From Chlorokybus atmophyticus (lineage: Eukaryota; Plantae; Mesostigma and Chlorokybus algae), in contig RHPI01001037.1 of assembly GCA_009103225.1 (NCBI GenBank), positions 62,001 to 126,000 of the forward strand: a stretch of 64,000 nt of DNA, given 5' to 3'. The translations under genes and the position numbers were made by a program. How positions within the stretch are numbered: the first letter of the stretch is position 1; every line of letters starts with the position of its first letter. Positions 13,519 through 34,348 of this stretch are shown here, piece after piece. The notes under the pieces are model-generated. The model made no database searches, had not been told where the DNA came from, and was given only the letters and a program-made list of their open reading frames with translations.

Positions 13519-14793
13519 AAAGGGTTGTCAGTGCTTTTGTAGAGATAGGTTGCCAGCGATGTCTGGCTTTCAGTACCGCGCTTGAAGCTGGCCGTTTGGG
13601 ATAGAACTCCTACTGAATCTACGTCATCATGCAGGCAGGCTGTTGCTGGTTTGCTAGGTTATCATTCTTTGCACACTTGACCGGTAGTTTCATCATTGCA
13701 CACTGGCACTGTTGAATACATAATATTACCGCCATGTGGTGTTTATATTTCTTTGTTGTGGTGCAAGTTTGAGCGTTGTATCAATCGGTTATTACTGCTG
13801 TCGCTGCCTGTGTTTGTATGTATACGGTATGAGAAATGGTGCAAGAGGCAACGGTAAAGTAGGCTCACAAGTAAAGCACACAAGGACACATTGAGACTTG
13901 GCCTTTGGGTGTAGTTAACAAGCAACAACCTAACCAAAACAGTACGTTGAGTGTGCATGCGAGCACATGTGGCAGTGGGTGCTGGCTGGCATGTATACAT
14001 GTACAGGATATGCTGGCAGTAGTTGGAGACATGCGTGTATTAATTGTTGCCTGTATGGTGCACGCGCGTGGGCTGGTGTGAGGGTGTACAGGATATGCTG
14101 GCAGTAGTTGGAGATGTGTTGCATGAGGCTTTGAGCACTACATGAGCTTTACTCTCTTTTGCATATGTACTATCCTCTCTGTCGCTTACTGTCAAGTCAG
14201 GCAACATCAATTACTACCAGAATAGTCCTATTACTCACTGCACCGGATATGGTGAATGTGCATTGAGTTGAGTGAACTGAGTTATGGTTTATGTGGTACT
14301 TGAAGTGCACAATGCGTTCAGGGGTTACAGTGATAGTCCGTATAGCATAAATCTGAGCGACATGGCCAGCCCTGTGTACTCAGCAATTCTTGTTGCTGCT
14401 GCCGCCGCAGTGACTATCATTGTGACTGGCGGCAGCAACAAAAACTGTTCAGTACATTGGGCTGCCCATGTCATGTTGATTTATGCCACACACACATTGC
14501 GTTGTATGCATACACGGCTGTATACCATATGCATACTGAGTTGGCACACAGGTGCACAGGGAAAACACCAGTAGCATCCACAGCAGTCATGCTCCAATGC
14601 CTGAGGGGAGTGGGTGGGGTGAGGAGTGGGCATGCAGCAGATTGTTCCGCGTCTGCGCACAACACACTCACACAAGGCTTTTCACTAAGCATGTGTAACC
14701 TGCCGCACAAGAATGTGGTGCTTTGCAAAGCATGCCATTACAGTACAATAGTACTGTACATTTACATTACAACGCATTGGATACGAGCACTAG

Positions 14794-17700
14794 TTATCTA
14801 GAACCAATACCTTCTCCATCCCTAGATTGTATGTCTACACTCTGCAAGTCATCACGTATATTGTCAGGTGCTTGCTGGTCATGCTTCATCAGAAACTCAG
14901 ATATGCACGGAAACACCTCTTCAGGAGCCTGCATACAACGCTTGAGGTTGGGTATGCACATGCAATTGCCAGCAGCACGGGGCGCGAAGCATGTTGCAAC
15001 ACAGCCCACGCTGACTTCGCACCTTGCTACCGCAAAGAAGATCATAGTGCCCATAGATCGTGTCAAACTGCTGATATGTTGCCACCTCCGACAGATGCTC
15101 CTGCAAAGGTTAACACTCAATACATGCTTACATCCAAACACTGAGAGCACATGTCATGCAATTGAATACACGTACACCGCAAGGAGTGACATGCATGAAC
15201 ACTGTGGGTGAGGCAATCATAGCGGTTGCTTACATCAACTGTGGCCTTGACATTGGTTGGAGGACAGATGCTGTCTCCACCGCCCGCAATGGCAAGCACC
15301 GGCGTCTTCGTCTCAATCAACCCAGAGTTGTAGAAAAGGTTGGCGTCGCGCGAGCGCAAACCACGGGGATCGAACACAGACGCCATTTGTTGCAACAGCG
15401 CCATAGGCACCGGAGCTACACACAGACATATGTATGACATTCAAGTGCGTAGAACAATAACAAAACTTCCATTAAATACTACGCAACACGCCCAACTCAC
15501 CAAAGTTGTACATGAGGAGCCTTTCAAAATTCCCCGGATCCATGCTCCCTCTGACAGATATGTGGGACCGCAACCACGTGATGAGGCCCATGTTGCCCAT
15601 TGCTTGCGACCCCAGCACAGTCGCGGAGGAGCGCAGCATTGTGTCTAAGGGAATTGCCGGCAAGGCCACAACCTATTGGGTAAACGAGGAGCGCACGTAG
15701 CAAATGGTGAGCTGAGCTGCACATTGCACACTGTTTTGACGTACATATATGAACACTGTGCAAAAACAGCTGAACCTGCACTTGAGCAGGCTGCATGCTG
15801 TTGAAGGTTGTCAGTTAGAGACTGCATGCTTTACCCTTGCAGGAGTTAGCAGAGGAACCAGGAGCTCCAGAGCGCTGCCTTTCCTGTAGTCGAGCGCTGA
15901 TGCCACTGAGACAATGCCTGCAAAGCCTGCTTTCTCTCCTACAGACAAGACCATCAATGTTGGGCACCTTCTACACATGAGACACACATGCTTGTCATGG
16001 CAGGCTCATGCGAACTCTTATTGTACCTTTTGTTGCAAGAAGACTGTACAAGAGAATCCCACCCAAAGAATGCCCCACCGCCAACACCTTGTTATCCGGC
16101 GGCCGCGTAACATCGCGTATGTACTCTAACTGCACTACCGCAACAGGAACATATCAGCTAAAGGCTGGTGCTCGCAACAAGCGACAGGCTTGATGATTTC
16201 AGCCAATGAATAAATCCACTCACCTGAGCAGGGAGATCTTCAAGTAGGTAGCTGTCGTAGTCCCAATTGAAGGGCCACAGCTCAGAATAGGCCTTGTAGG
16301 TCTTGCCAAAACCCGTGCTGTAGCGACCCCACGTGTTGTTCCAAGTGTAGTTCCACGCCGCGCGCGCCGTTCCGATGGGGTTCTGCCACGCCGACACAAG
16401 CGGCTTCTGCCAAATCTGCAGCGCCTGAGACCCTGGCGCTTGGTCCTGCTCTGCCCGCGATGCAAAGACAAACGGCACCATGTCAGCATGCGGTCACAAT
16501 ACACATGGTAATAAACAGACTGCCACGAGGAGCAACAGTACACACTGGATTGCTGCTACTGTTCCTCACTACCTTATTGCAGGGTGATTATCGCCTACTC
16601 ATGTATCAGCATTGCGTGTGAAGTGAGCCTCCATCATGCATTTTATAAAAGCAAACAAAAGGTCACTTGAAGTGATGTGTATGGCTCTATGAACGACTTG
16701 TGCAGAGGGCTCGTTCATATATTGGTTTTGTAAAAGGGTGTGAGAATTATGTAAGAGCGCTAGCTCAGTGGCAACACACAATGCACCCACCTCTTGGTGA
16801 GCCTGTTCTATCCTCCCAACGGTTTCATCCCAAGCCAGCCGCTCGCGCTCGCGCGTCACCTCCTCCGGCTCATTCTCATCGCGAATACGTCTGCTCAGCC
16901 CGTTCCCGCGCAGCTCGCAGACCCAAGTATCAAAACCCAACTGCGCCAGGTGCCGTGCAAGCGACGTCTGGATTAATCACAACATGATAAATGCGTCAGT
17001 CAATAAATTACTGAAGTGCATGACAACAACTCGGTACTAAAGCCATGCCACCATGCATTACAGCTCGGGTCCCACTCAACGACAATTTACGTGTACCTCT
17101 CGTGATACGTCGAATGTGATAACGTTGGAGGCCAGTCCAGGCAGCAGCACCACAGGGTGCGAGCGTTTGGGTGCCTGAGGAACAATCGTGTGAGGAGGAG
17201 ATTTGGAGCAGGGGCTGGAGGTGCATAAGATACAGTGCAAATTACCATTGCAATAATGCAGATGATAGGCCATGCGCGGACGCACTGCAACTTGCATGTG
17301 GCATTGTGACAGTATGATTGAAGGAGCACGCAAGCAAGGTTGTGCTGATGATCCAGTTGCTAGTTTGCAAGGCAAAATGGACGAGACCCCAACTCTCATG
17401 CATGTGCAGACACACGCCAGGAACAATGTTGACTTCAATGCAGTTGAGTAATCATCCCCCCGCAAAGGGGGGGAGAGCGGAGAGCCCATAATCTCAAATT
17501 GGTGTTTGTCGTGTGAAACACTAAGATGCCAGTGCACGGGCAGCGTGATTGCGTCAATGCTCAGTACAGTACGCCGACATATTACTACGTATGGTGCGCA
17601 TGCAAGTTCTTCGACTGATTGCTATCGGTCACAATGTGTGGACCACCGCCATGCAGCGCAATTGTGCAACCCCTGTCACAAAGTACGCAGATTGTGGTTC

Positions 17701-18105
17701 CTTCGGCAGTTCACAGCGCATGCCGAATGGCAATGCCGAGCTTACCTCGCTGTCGGGCAAATAGCGGTGCAGCGCCAGCCTCCAGCCGGATCCTCGCGGC
17801 ACAACATGGTGCACTTCTCTGCCACCCGGCCTAGACCAGGCCTTACCACTGTCGCTGTCGTCGACCTTGTCCTCGTCGCCATCGCTAACCCTAACCTTCT
17901 CCCTGGAATTGCCGCTGCTACTCCTGCCGTTGCTGCTCCTGACAGAGTATGTCCGCTTCTGCCCTATCGCTGGCAACGCCGCCACCTTGCCCCGCTCCGC
18001 TGTCATGGGCGCCAGCAGCGGCGCCAGCGGTCTGCTGAGCGCCTTCAGCATCCCCTCACCCACGACACCCACACCGGCCACGCCGCCTAGGCCATGCGCA
18101 GGCAT
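14794..18105 (-). CDS. Alpha/beta hydrolase of the plant At1g15060/UCP031088 type; 5' end may extend upstream
   Basis: Motifs EVHHVVPRGSGWRLALHRYLP, HPVVLLPGLASN, GFDTWVCELRGNGLS, WDYDSYLLEDLPA, TPVLAIAGGGDSICPP, YGHYDLL and EVFPCISEFL occur in order across GT-AG exons. Confidence 0.8.
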
Positions 18106-19492
18106 ACCAGAGCCAATACTGCGCGTTGGATCCTGAATAAGAATACGTACGATAGGTGCAATCAGGAATGGATATTATGACGCATCCAAGGGCAGATCTG
18201 GGATCTGGCGCACAAGCCTGCTTGCGCACAATGCCTGTGCTTCTTGTGCGGCTCATCCGACGTGGACACCCTGCTTAGCCACCTGCCGTTAGTGTACCGG
18301 TCACCATCGCGTTAGTGTGCTGAGCGCGCATTGGTTTGCAATGCTTGTATGGGGAGACGAGTCCGGCAGGGTTTCGGCCAGCGCTGGTGGGATCCGCATG
18401 CCCAGTTGGCACTGACTGTGCCGACGTCGCCACGTCGATCCACTCCGGCTCTCGGTTCAGCACCTTGATGGCGGTCAGCCACAGCTTTAAGCTGTCTGAT
18501 AGACACAGCTGTAGAGCGCCTTCTCCGTCAGCCTGCCCGCCAAGCATTGACGGGGAACGCTGACCGCATCCTTGTTACACGCTGGATACAGCCCACCGTC
18601 AGCTACCCGTTCACTGCAGCTGGCGCATCCGCATTCGCGGCGCACAGCGACCGTTAGCCATCGACGGCTGCAGGCACAGGTGACACCAAGTCAAACGGTC
18701 GACGATGCCTCGTTGTGACGGTGATTGGACACAATCGCGACAAGTCGGCGCGACGTATTCGATGGTTCGAAAGCAGTGAACTGAGTGGCATCGGTATGAC
18801 AGTGAATCAGTTAGTGAGTCTGAACTCATCAAGCGTCAGCATTGCCAATTGGAGGCACGTTGTAGGCCAGCTTCGGTACAGAGTAGCCTAGCGGCGGCGG
18901 CGGTAGCGGTGGCGGCGGTCGCGGTGTAGAGGTCGCTGGCGACACTCTCGAGGTTTGCTTGTCACAGACAGTACGCCTGTCATTAGCCGTTGTCTTCGGC
19001 AGCCACTGCGACGGACAATTGGTCGTGTACAGCGTTGCAACAGCTGGTCGGGCGTCAGTGCTTGACACGTAGGTTGCGCACAAGCGCATAAAAGTGCACG
19101 GTAGCTTGCAAGTAGTCGAGTTCGGGAGGGCTGTGTTGCAGTCATGGAAGCTGGGATGGTAGCCAGCACCAGTGGCAGGGCTTGCTGCGGGTTAGCGGGC
19201 TCATCTGTGGTGCTGGCCGACACGACCTTGCTGCATGAGAGGCGACCGCAACGTAGCCGCCACTCGCAGAGGCAGCGCAAAACAGGTCGGTGGATTTCGC
19301 GTGCATGTGTGATTGCTTACTCTTGGTGCATTGATAAGCAAAAGGTGCATTTATTTGTTGTGGGACTTGCTTGCAAACCTACTACACGAGTTCTTGATGT
19401 GCTGTGTGTCGCTTGCAGTTGCCGCTGTTGTCGAACGGAAAAGGTCAAGTTCGTCCTCGCCAGCACGGGTGGACTTGCGGGGTTCCGTCCGC

Positions 19493-21721
19493 ATGCGATC
19501 AGATCTGCTTGGAGCGGTGCTTTCTTTGGCCAGCAGCACGCCTCGCTTGGCTGCTGCGGTGTTTGATCAGGTCAAGAACGCAGAGTTTGCTCTGAAAGCG
19601 CAGCGCCAAGGCAGTGTTGATCCCAAAGCGGTCGCGAAGGCTGTGCGTCCTGAGCAGCCTGCTTCTCGTCGCATTGCTTTAGCCGCATTGCAAGCTCCGG
19701 CAAGCTTCAAACCTGTGCAAAGACAGGACGCAGCCTTGTTAAAGCAACCAAATGTCAGCAAACCGTTTGGCTGGCTTCCGGCGGTTGGAAGTGTAATTCC
19801 TGCTCGCAAAGTTGCAAAAGCCCTTGCAACTGATGACACCCCTACCCCGAGTGGCAGGCGCTCCCCCAGTGCGAATGCCTCTCCCATCGCTGAGACGCAG
19901 TCCGAGGTTCCACAGCCCAAGTCGTCCACGGAGGAGGCTATTTCCTGGGTTGTTGGTCAGCTCTCTAAGGGCGTGTCACTTGTTCTTCCACCTGAGGAGG
20001 TGAGCTGGAGTGCAGGTAGCAATGCGCATGCTTCTTTCTGTTGTTTCGCAAGTGTGTGTATGTGTCCCATCGTGACATGTTCTGGCATGCAGTCCGCGCA
20101 GGGTGCCCAAAAAGGTTTTAAGCAGAAGACCAATGCCCCCGTTTCACCTCCAGCCATTGCCCCCCTCAGGCATGCCATGCGCCATGCTTTTGCGGCATAT
20201 GGCAACACTCTCAAGGATATCTACATGGGCATTGCCAGCAACAATCTGGCCTCGCAGCTGTATCTCAAGGTACAGTTGTGGATTGTCTTGCTGTCTGATG
20301 TATTGCAACCAGCCAGCCAAAGTTGAGTCATTGACAACCATCTGCTCTGCAGCTTAAGGAAGATTTGTCATTGGTAGCATCAGGTGGCGTTGCAGCTGCT
20401 GAGAGACACACAGCTGCAGCTGCTGCGGTCGCTGGTTTGCAGCTGCAGGACATTGTGCTGTCTGCCTGGTCTCCTGATCTCTTCTGCCCTTGCGCTTATG
20501 TGGGTGTGGACCACTCCCAAAAGTGGGTAGTTGTTGCAGTCCGGGGATCCCTTGACAACGCGGACTGGTTGACTGATCTCTCTGCAGGTCAGTTGCTATG
20601 CACTGTTAACAGCTTGGTATCATTGCTTGCCAGGTAGTGATCTTGTGCTGATGGCAAGCACAATGTCTTCGCAGACTCTGTCCCCTTCCTGAACGGATGG
20701 GCGCACAGGGGAATGGTTGCTGCAGCCAGGCGGCTGGCAGAGTCGCACCTTCCAGCCGTCGCTTCTGCTCTGGACCAGAACCCTGGGTACGAGCTTGTGA
20801 TCACGGGTCATTCGCTGGGCGCAGGCGTGGCATCACTCCTGGCCATGTTGCTGCATGAGAACGACTATGGTGTCATCAGTTCTACATTCCAGGTAATAAC
20901 TTGGCAGCAAGCTCTTGCTGTACAGCGAGACAGCTATAAGCGCATTACCATGTTGAGACACTGACAGGTCATGTATCGCAGAGCGCCAAATCTACTGTGC
21001 GCATTCCTCCACAAAAGAACTGGGCGCTTCTGGAGCGGCTTACCAATCCCCGCTGCTTCGCGTATGCTCCCCCGAGCATTGTCAGCCTGCCTCTGGCGCA
21101 GAATTGTTCGTCTTATGTAACATCCATTGTCTGCGGTGATGATGTGGTCCCAAGCCTCTCCATCGGCAACCTCCAGTTCCTGGTCTCAGGCCTTCAGGGG
21201 GTGTTGCCGATGAACCTCTCGGGGCTTGTGGAGGCGTTCTCAAGCACCATGGGGTTCTCTGGCAAGCCAACCTTGAAGTCTGAGGTAGAGGGAGCCAAAC
21301 CTGATGATGCCGAGGAAGCTGCGGCTGCGACTCTTCCCAAATCAATGCTGCGGGACCACAACTCCTCTGACTTCCTGTGCCCTCCTGGCATGCTGGTCCA
21401 TGTGTTGAATCCCAACTCTGATGGCCCCACTGCATCAGTCAGCGAGCCCACCAAATTCTCTGAGGTGCACATTCAATTGCCCTTCGCTTAATTGAATTGT
21501 TGAAGCTGTGTTTTCCTTGTTGCAAGGTTGGCTAATATGTTGTATTATTGCCTCAGATCAAAGTCAGCAGCAACATGATTTCGGATCATCTTCCTGGCGT
21601 TTACATGACGGCGCTGCAGAGGATGTATGTGGGCAACGCAGTGTATGGGTCAACCGTCCCGGATGACAAGTCATGGGGTGGCGAGTTCAACCTGAGTTTT
21701 AAGCTGCCCTTCTTTGCATAA
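19493..21721 (+). CDS. Class 3 lipase (Lipase_3, DAG-lipase-like)
   Basis: VVVAVRGSLDNADWLTDL, AHRGMVAAA, nucleophile elbow VITGHSLGAGVASLL, CFAYAPP, VCGDDVVPSLS and SDHLPGVY give a complete Ser-Asp-His triad. The start codon is uncertain. Confidence 0.9.
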
Positions 21722-22816
21722 AGCGTGCGTGTCCTCAAGCCACAGTCCCTGTATATATCGCTGCTGTATGATGTACTCTACCTATTCTTTGGCTCACATG
21801 CGTGCCAAGCTGTGCAGGCCGTGTACATTGAATACTAGTGTACTAGTGTAGTCAAAACTGCTTAATTAGCTCGCTTTATGTGCGTTAGGTGTGTATCATG
21901 AAAATCGTCACTGGGTGACGATAGTGCCCTGGAAAGAAAGTGGATATGTTTTGTATTCGGCTCATGTGCCAAAATCTAAAACCCTACCATGTTTGTCATC
22001 TGATACTATCTGGTGACCGAAGCTGTCTCTGTGCTTATTGTATTGCTTACATCAGTGTAGCATGTGGAGTAGTGTGCAGAGCATTCACCAGCTGCAAAAG
22101 CTTATGTGACCCGTCCTCTAAAGCACAAATATAAGCACCACACGAGCAATACGTGAACAAGGAGGATGACCAAGACAAGCGCAAGAGCATGAGCACGCTA
22201 AATATGCTTAAAATGTCCCGAGTGCCTTGGCCAGTTCCCTATTCATAAAATGCTTGCTGCTTGCAATTTCCAGTGTCTTGTTGCTTCAAACATGAAACTT
22301 TGCTGGAATAATGGACAAGTTGGCTTGCCTCCACTGTCCACTTTCACTGTGCATATAAGTGCATGCCTTTGCACAGCATTATATGTCATGTTCACAATGC
22401 AATGGGGTCATATGCATAACATTGCATATATGTTATACACAACCAAAAGAATGTCATCAGTGCTAATAGAGCATAACATAGCTATAGACTGGGCTTGCAG
22501 TTTCAACCTTCAACAAACTCTCACTGGACTGTGGCCGCATGCATGTCAATGTGAATAACCGTACCATTGCAGTGTACTTCATCAACGGAAAACTGTCAGA
22601 TACTAGCCATTACTCAACAGTCCCATGCAACTTCGGTTGCATGCCTCCAGTTTGCTCTATGATTATCAGCTGAATACACGAGAAAGGAATTTGCTGCCAA
22701 TAATTAAACGCACGCACTCTGCCTGGCATATTTGCTGCGAGCTCAAGCCCATCAACAATACATGCACAGCGCATATGCTGCAAGAATGTGAGACACCTCA
22801 TATTACTCCAGCTCGC

Positions 22817-24470
22817 TCAGAATGCCAAAGCTGCAGAGCGATGACGTGCCCACGCCCTCGTCACGCCCATCATATGCTTCTGGAACGCAGCCAGGGGATG
22901 CTGCTGCTGCTGTCTGGCCCTGCGCAGGGCCAGAGCGTGCTCGGCTGCCCTCAGCTCTTCTTCCGTGAGCAGAGTGTAAGTGAATGCGCGGTTACCGGAA
23001 CGCAAGGCGGCCGCCCGACACAACTTCATGAACTGCGTGAAGTCATGTGAGTGTCGGAAAACCTGACACCCTGCTGACCATCGCCCCACACGGTTGCTGC
23101 CTGTATTACTGCTCGTTAGCAGCAGGCAGCATTGGCCATGTCCACAGATCATATGCCAATTCCAGCAGCGCGTGCCGTAATGCATGCACCGGGCAACGCA
23201 GTACGTGCACAATACACTCGTGTGAACACACTTCTTGTCAAACCCAACTTTGATAATCCTCAACATACCTTGCCGCAATTTCGAGCTCCTGTGTATGTTT
23301 AGGCCAAACACCCCCTGGTCTACTCTGCTGTTCAGACCAAACTGCTTGCGGCTTCGCAATACGCGCACCGGCCGATGCTGCACAAGAGCTTCGTACGGCT
23401 CCTCTCCACTGCGCCCAAAGTGCCTGCAATGAATACACTTGAAGTCCAATCATCACACATGCATAGCTTATGGCTGAAACGACAGGTCACTTTATACCTG
23501 CCGAGCCTGAAGGTCTCGGCATACTGGCCTGGTAACAATACGGCTGCTCCAGCTGGATTCAACGGGTTGGCCAAGTAGTGAGCTCCTGGCCTTGTTGTGC
23601 CCTCCCAAATCTGAACGCCTCGTTTAGTAGCAGATACACTTGCCAGTGACGGCTCAGCAACATACAGACCAAGCTTATGGACAAGGTTTCACTGACATGG
23701 TACCTTGAGTTGCCACCGGTTGTTGCTGTCGAGGTAAGTTGCTGCGATGAAGTCCTCGTACGTGTCGCGGCCATGGGCTCTGATAGTCGTGCGCACGCCC
23801 ACCAGGTTGAGCCCGTTGCTCTGCCACCGGTAACCCTTCGCTGCAAACGCTTGGCGAACATTGTGTATTGTTAAGCTCCGCGCCTGCGCCTGCGTGTGCA
23901 GCGAATAGTTCAACCTCATCGCAAAGTCATAGTACTTACCGCCATTAACACGTCTGCGCTGCTACCTGTCCATGTGACTGCGTATGTCATGCAACGCAGG
24001 CAAACTTCACAACCATGTACATAACTCAACAGCCACCAACACGATATCTGCGACATGCTGGCTGTCAAGTGCCTTAACACGACAGGTCGCTGGACAACAT
24101 CGTGTGCAAATGACAAGTGTTTCCAGAGCAACTAGTACAAAAGGCAAGACTGTGCTGCCAAGCCTGTGTCTTTCAAGGGCTGCATGCATCCATGCCTGCC
24201 TGCTTGCATGCGGGAATCATGATGTCTGTGCTGTGTGCGACTATGCAGCCATTGCACATGTAACAGCCCACAGAAGGGGATGCAAAATGCGTGAATGGAT
24301 GGCTACAGTTAATGCTTTTTGTTGTTCTGTGTCGAAGCGGCTGAAAGCAAGAACGCCGGCTAAGCAGGGCACGCAAAACTGAGACTCTTACCTTGCGTGT
24401 CGTGCTCCATGCAGCAGCTGTATCCCATAGATCCGCAAACGCATCTGCGCACGCAAGAAAGTATATGACA
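22817..24470 (-). CDS. Prokaryote/phage-like protein with a YkuD-type H-x15-S-x-G-C motif (putative L,D-transpeptidase/peptidoglycan-active enzyme), intron-containing; 5' exons uncertain
   Basis: Splicing at GT-AG sites gives AFAAKGYRWQSNGLNLVGVR...YEDFIAATY...WQLK|IWEGTTRPGAHYLANPLNPAGAAVLLPGQY...LGR|HFGRSGEEPYEALVQHRPVRVLR...QGVFGLNIHRSSKLRQG|SNRVGRWSAGCQVF...FTQFMKLCR...AFTYTLL with no stops or frameshifts. Confidence 0.8.
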
Positions 24471-25813
24471 ATGCAACACCAACGAAGAATGCCATACCGA
24501 TGGCATTGGTGCTGGGTCACACACTGCAGGCTAGCTGCAACTTGGTAACCAACGGGGACACCTTTGTTGCGGAAACAGTGTAGCTGCTGCTAGCCAGTGC
24601 ATGGTGCTTGCAATAACGTTGCAGCAACTTCCAAACTCGTATTCAGCAGAGTAAAACAGTTAGGGTTTGAGCAACCCAATCACCAACCTGCCACCTGCTG
24701 CAGCCAGGACCTGTGCCGAAGTTGCGAGGCCGGGCGCTTTCGCCGCCCGGGCGCCTGCACTTTTGACGTAGACACAGACGTCGACGCCGCAGACGCCGCC
24801 ACGGCGGCGGCCACAGCACCGGCGGCAAAGGCCCTCGCCTGCCCAGGCCGCCGCCCCTCCCCCCTCCGCCTGCCCGGCTGAGGCTTCTGAGCGGGAGGGG
24901 AGGGGGGGGGCAGCACCCATCCACCCGCGGCATCAAGCACCAGGACGTCCATGGTCACAAGTCACCGCCAGCCCGCCGACGATCCCAGCAACGACGCCGA
25001 CAACCACAACAACGCCGCCGTCGCTACCGCCGCGGCAAAGTCTGCCGCGACAATCATATCGTTCAATTATTGCCCGTTCTGCAACCACCCCTGATCGGAA
25101 CCGGTTTCCCGAGACGCGGTTCCAGCTGATCCAGAAGCCGCAGCCGGGGAACCAGATCACGATCAGCGGTGTATTATGGAAAAGGTATGGATATCGGATG
25201 GATAATAGGGTCACGTGGACGGCATGGTGGAGTTGCAGTGCAAATCATCCATTTGCACGCAGTTCTTCATTTGAAATGTAATGTCTCCCTGGTTTCCTAA
25301 GGGAGCTTGACTCCGCTGGCGAGGTGGGGCGGGGGGCGTGCCTGGGGACATTAGCCTTGGGGGTTTGAACTCTCACGGAGTGTTGTAGCAGAGTCCTCTG
25401 CGAGACTAGGCTGGAGGAGACACACCCACACCAACACCCACACACTACTAGTCTGTCTACCACACATACAGAGATCCACCATCAGGCCAGGCCAAGGGAG
25501 AACGGGTCTCTGCTTTGATTGCAGCAGCTCTACCATCACCTTCTCTTGTATCACCATCCCCATCGCACATTACCTACTGTAGCAGATCCCGCTGGCGCCG
25601 TGCACGAAACGATAGCTGCGGTGCTTTACTGCTGCTTGGAAGGGGTGTGTAACCATACACACATCCCATCCACACGCACATGAGCACAGAGCTGCAACTT
25701 ACCACCCAGATCTGAGCAGGCAAAGGAGCTTCCGACAAGTTCTGAACGAACAGTAGTAAGTGAGACCTGCGTGGTAGTAACTTGACCCACCCCCATCCCC
25801 GCCTTGCCGTGTG

Positions 25814-32681
<6,868 letters not shown>

Positions 32682-33262
32682 TTGAGGTGCACTGGTTGCG
32701 GATTAACAGTTGACCTTGCAATGCATAGTGCCGGACAGCATGATAGGCCAATCTGATGCAGCTGTTGATGCTGGTTGTTCCTTGTGTCAGTGTACAAAGC
32801 AGGCAATGCTGTACATATGGCCATGCCGCATCACCACACATGCAACCGCAATCCACATACCACAATCCCAGAATGCAGTTAACCCGGCTACACACAGTCA
32901 CTAGCTACCTAGCTACCTACCTTCCTAGCTTCACTACTGCCCTGAACCCCGTTAGACCAGCATGCATAAGGCACAAGTCATGCAAGCATGTTTGATCACC
33001 TGCACACAGCTGCCGCATCAGCGCGGAGCCACATCCACCAGGACGACACCGTCAGTATGTCTGGGTCAGTGAGCACACTCTTGTGTACATCATCAGCACC
33101 GCAAAGCAGTTGGTATCGTTACTGCTTTACGCAGGAACTGCAGTTTCATGTCAATTTAGGTTGACTACCAAACACAACATACGACAACAAACATTATCCG
33201 AACGTACAGCCTCTATACACAAAGGAGAACTCAGCAACTGCCAACAACCAACCATTTCTCTG

Positions 33263-34348
33263 CTAGCTCTGCCGTTCTAGCGTGTAAAGCATTCTCTCTA
33301 TACGGTGCTTCATCACAGGCTGCCCTCTGCTGGTTTTCTTCCTCAGCTTCTTGGCAAACTCCTTTCTTGCATTCGCTGAGGCCTCCCTGAGATGCCTTTG
33401 CTCCTCTTGCGCGGCAAGAGACTCGGCTCTCCTCCGTTGTTCGGCTGCCTGCTGCTCTTCCCTCTTCCTGCGCATGATCTCCAGCTGATTGACGCCCTTC
33501 TTGCTCCCGGCCTTCTTCTTCCTGTCGACACCTTGAGCCGACGGGGTGATATCTGATTGTGGCTGGCTGGGACCTGCGTCTTCGTGTCCTCTCGTGCGGA
33601 CGCGCTTCTGTGGTGCTTCATGCGCATTACTCGCACTTGGAGCCTCCTTCAGACAAAAGGAAACCATGAGTGAGATATGCTGTACACGTGCAGTAAGTGT
33701 AGCAACAATAGAACGGCGGGTATTACCGCAGCCTGCATGTTGGAAGCTTTCTGTGTCCGTGCTGCAGCGTTCTCTCTAACTTCATCCAGGCCCTGAACAC
33801 GTCCATATGCACTATGAGCTAGGACTGAATGTAGTTAACTTGCAATAGGCACAAAGGCCTGACCAACATGGCTTTGGCCAAATGTAAGCTGCGGTATATG
33901 AGACTGCTGAGTTTCAACGACGCACCTGAACATTCGTTTGCATTGGCGCTTCTTGCTGCATCTGCAGCTTGAGCTTCTTTAACTTCTGCAGCTTTTTCTG
34001 CTTGAGGTATGACTTTCTGCGAGCCTCTGTGCACAAGATGACATTGCGTTCAGGGAAGTTGGTTAGGGCAACAGCACCATAGCTTGACTTGACTGCACAC
34101 ATGATGTAAGCACGCACACATGTCAATCAATAAAACTTGACGTGACACTGGAGCAAACCTGACTTGAGCGCATTGCAGTTGCATGCATGCCACCTGGTGC
34201 ACCCTAGCTGGAAGCAAACACGTAACTTACCCACGGAGCCACCATAGTAGTTGCTGCTCTTTGCGTCGACAAACTTCTCCAAGCTTAGAGACCCCCCTGC
34301 AAGCCTCTTCCTTTTGTGCGGCGGATGAGTGCTGGAAGCCATCACCAT
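33263..34348 (-). CDS. FYV7/TAP26 (CCDC59)-like rRNA-processing protein
   Basis: A Lys/Arg/Glu-rich protein ending KKLRKKTSRGQPVMKHRIERMLYTLE, which matches the family C-terminal motif. The N-terminal exon is GGSLSLEKFVDAKSSNY. Confidence 0.72.

Noticed and set aside
14000-14114. Two exact 30-bp direct repeats separated by 55 bp, superficially CRISPR-like
   Set aside because: There are only two units, the context is eukaryotic and no cas genes are present. This is an ordinary local duplication.
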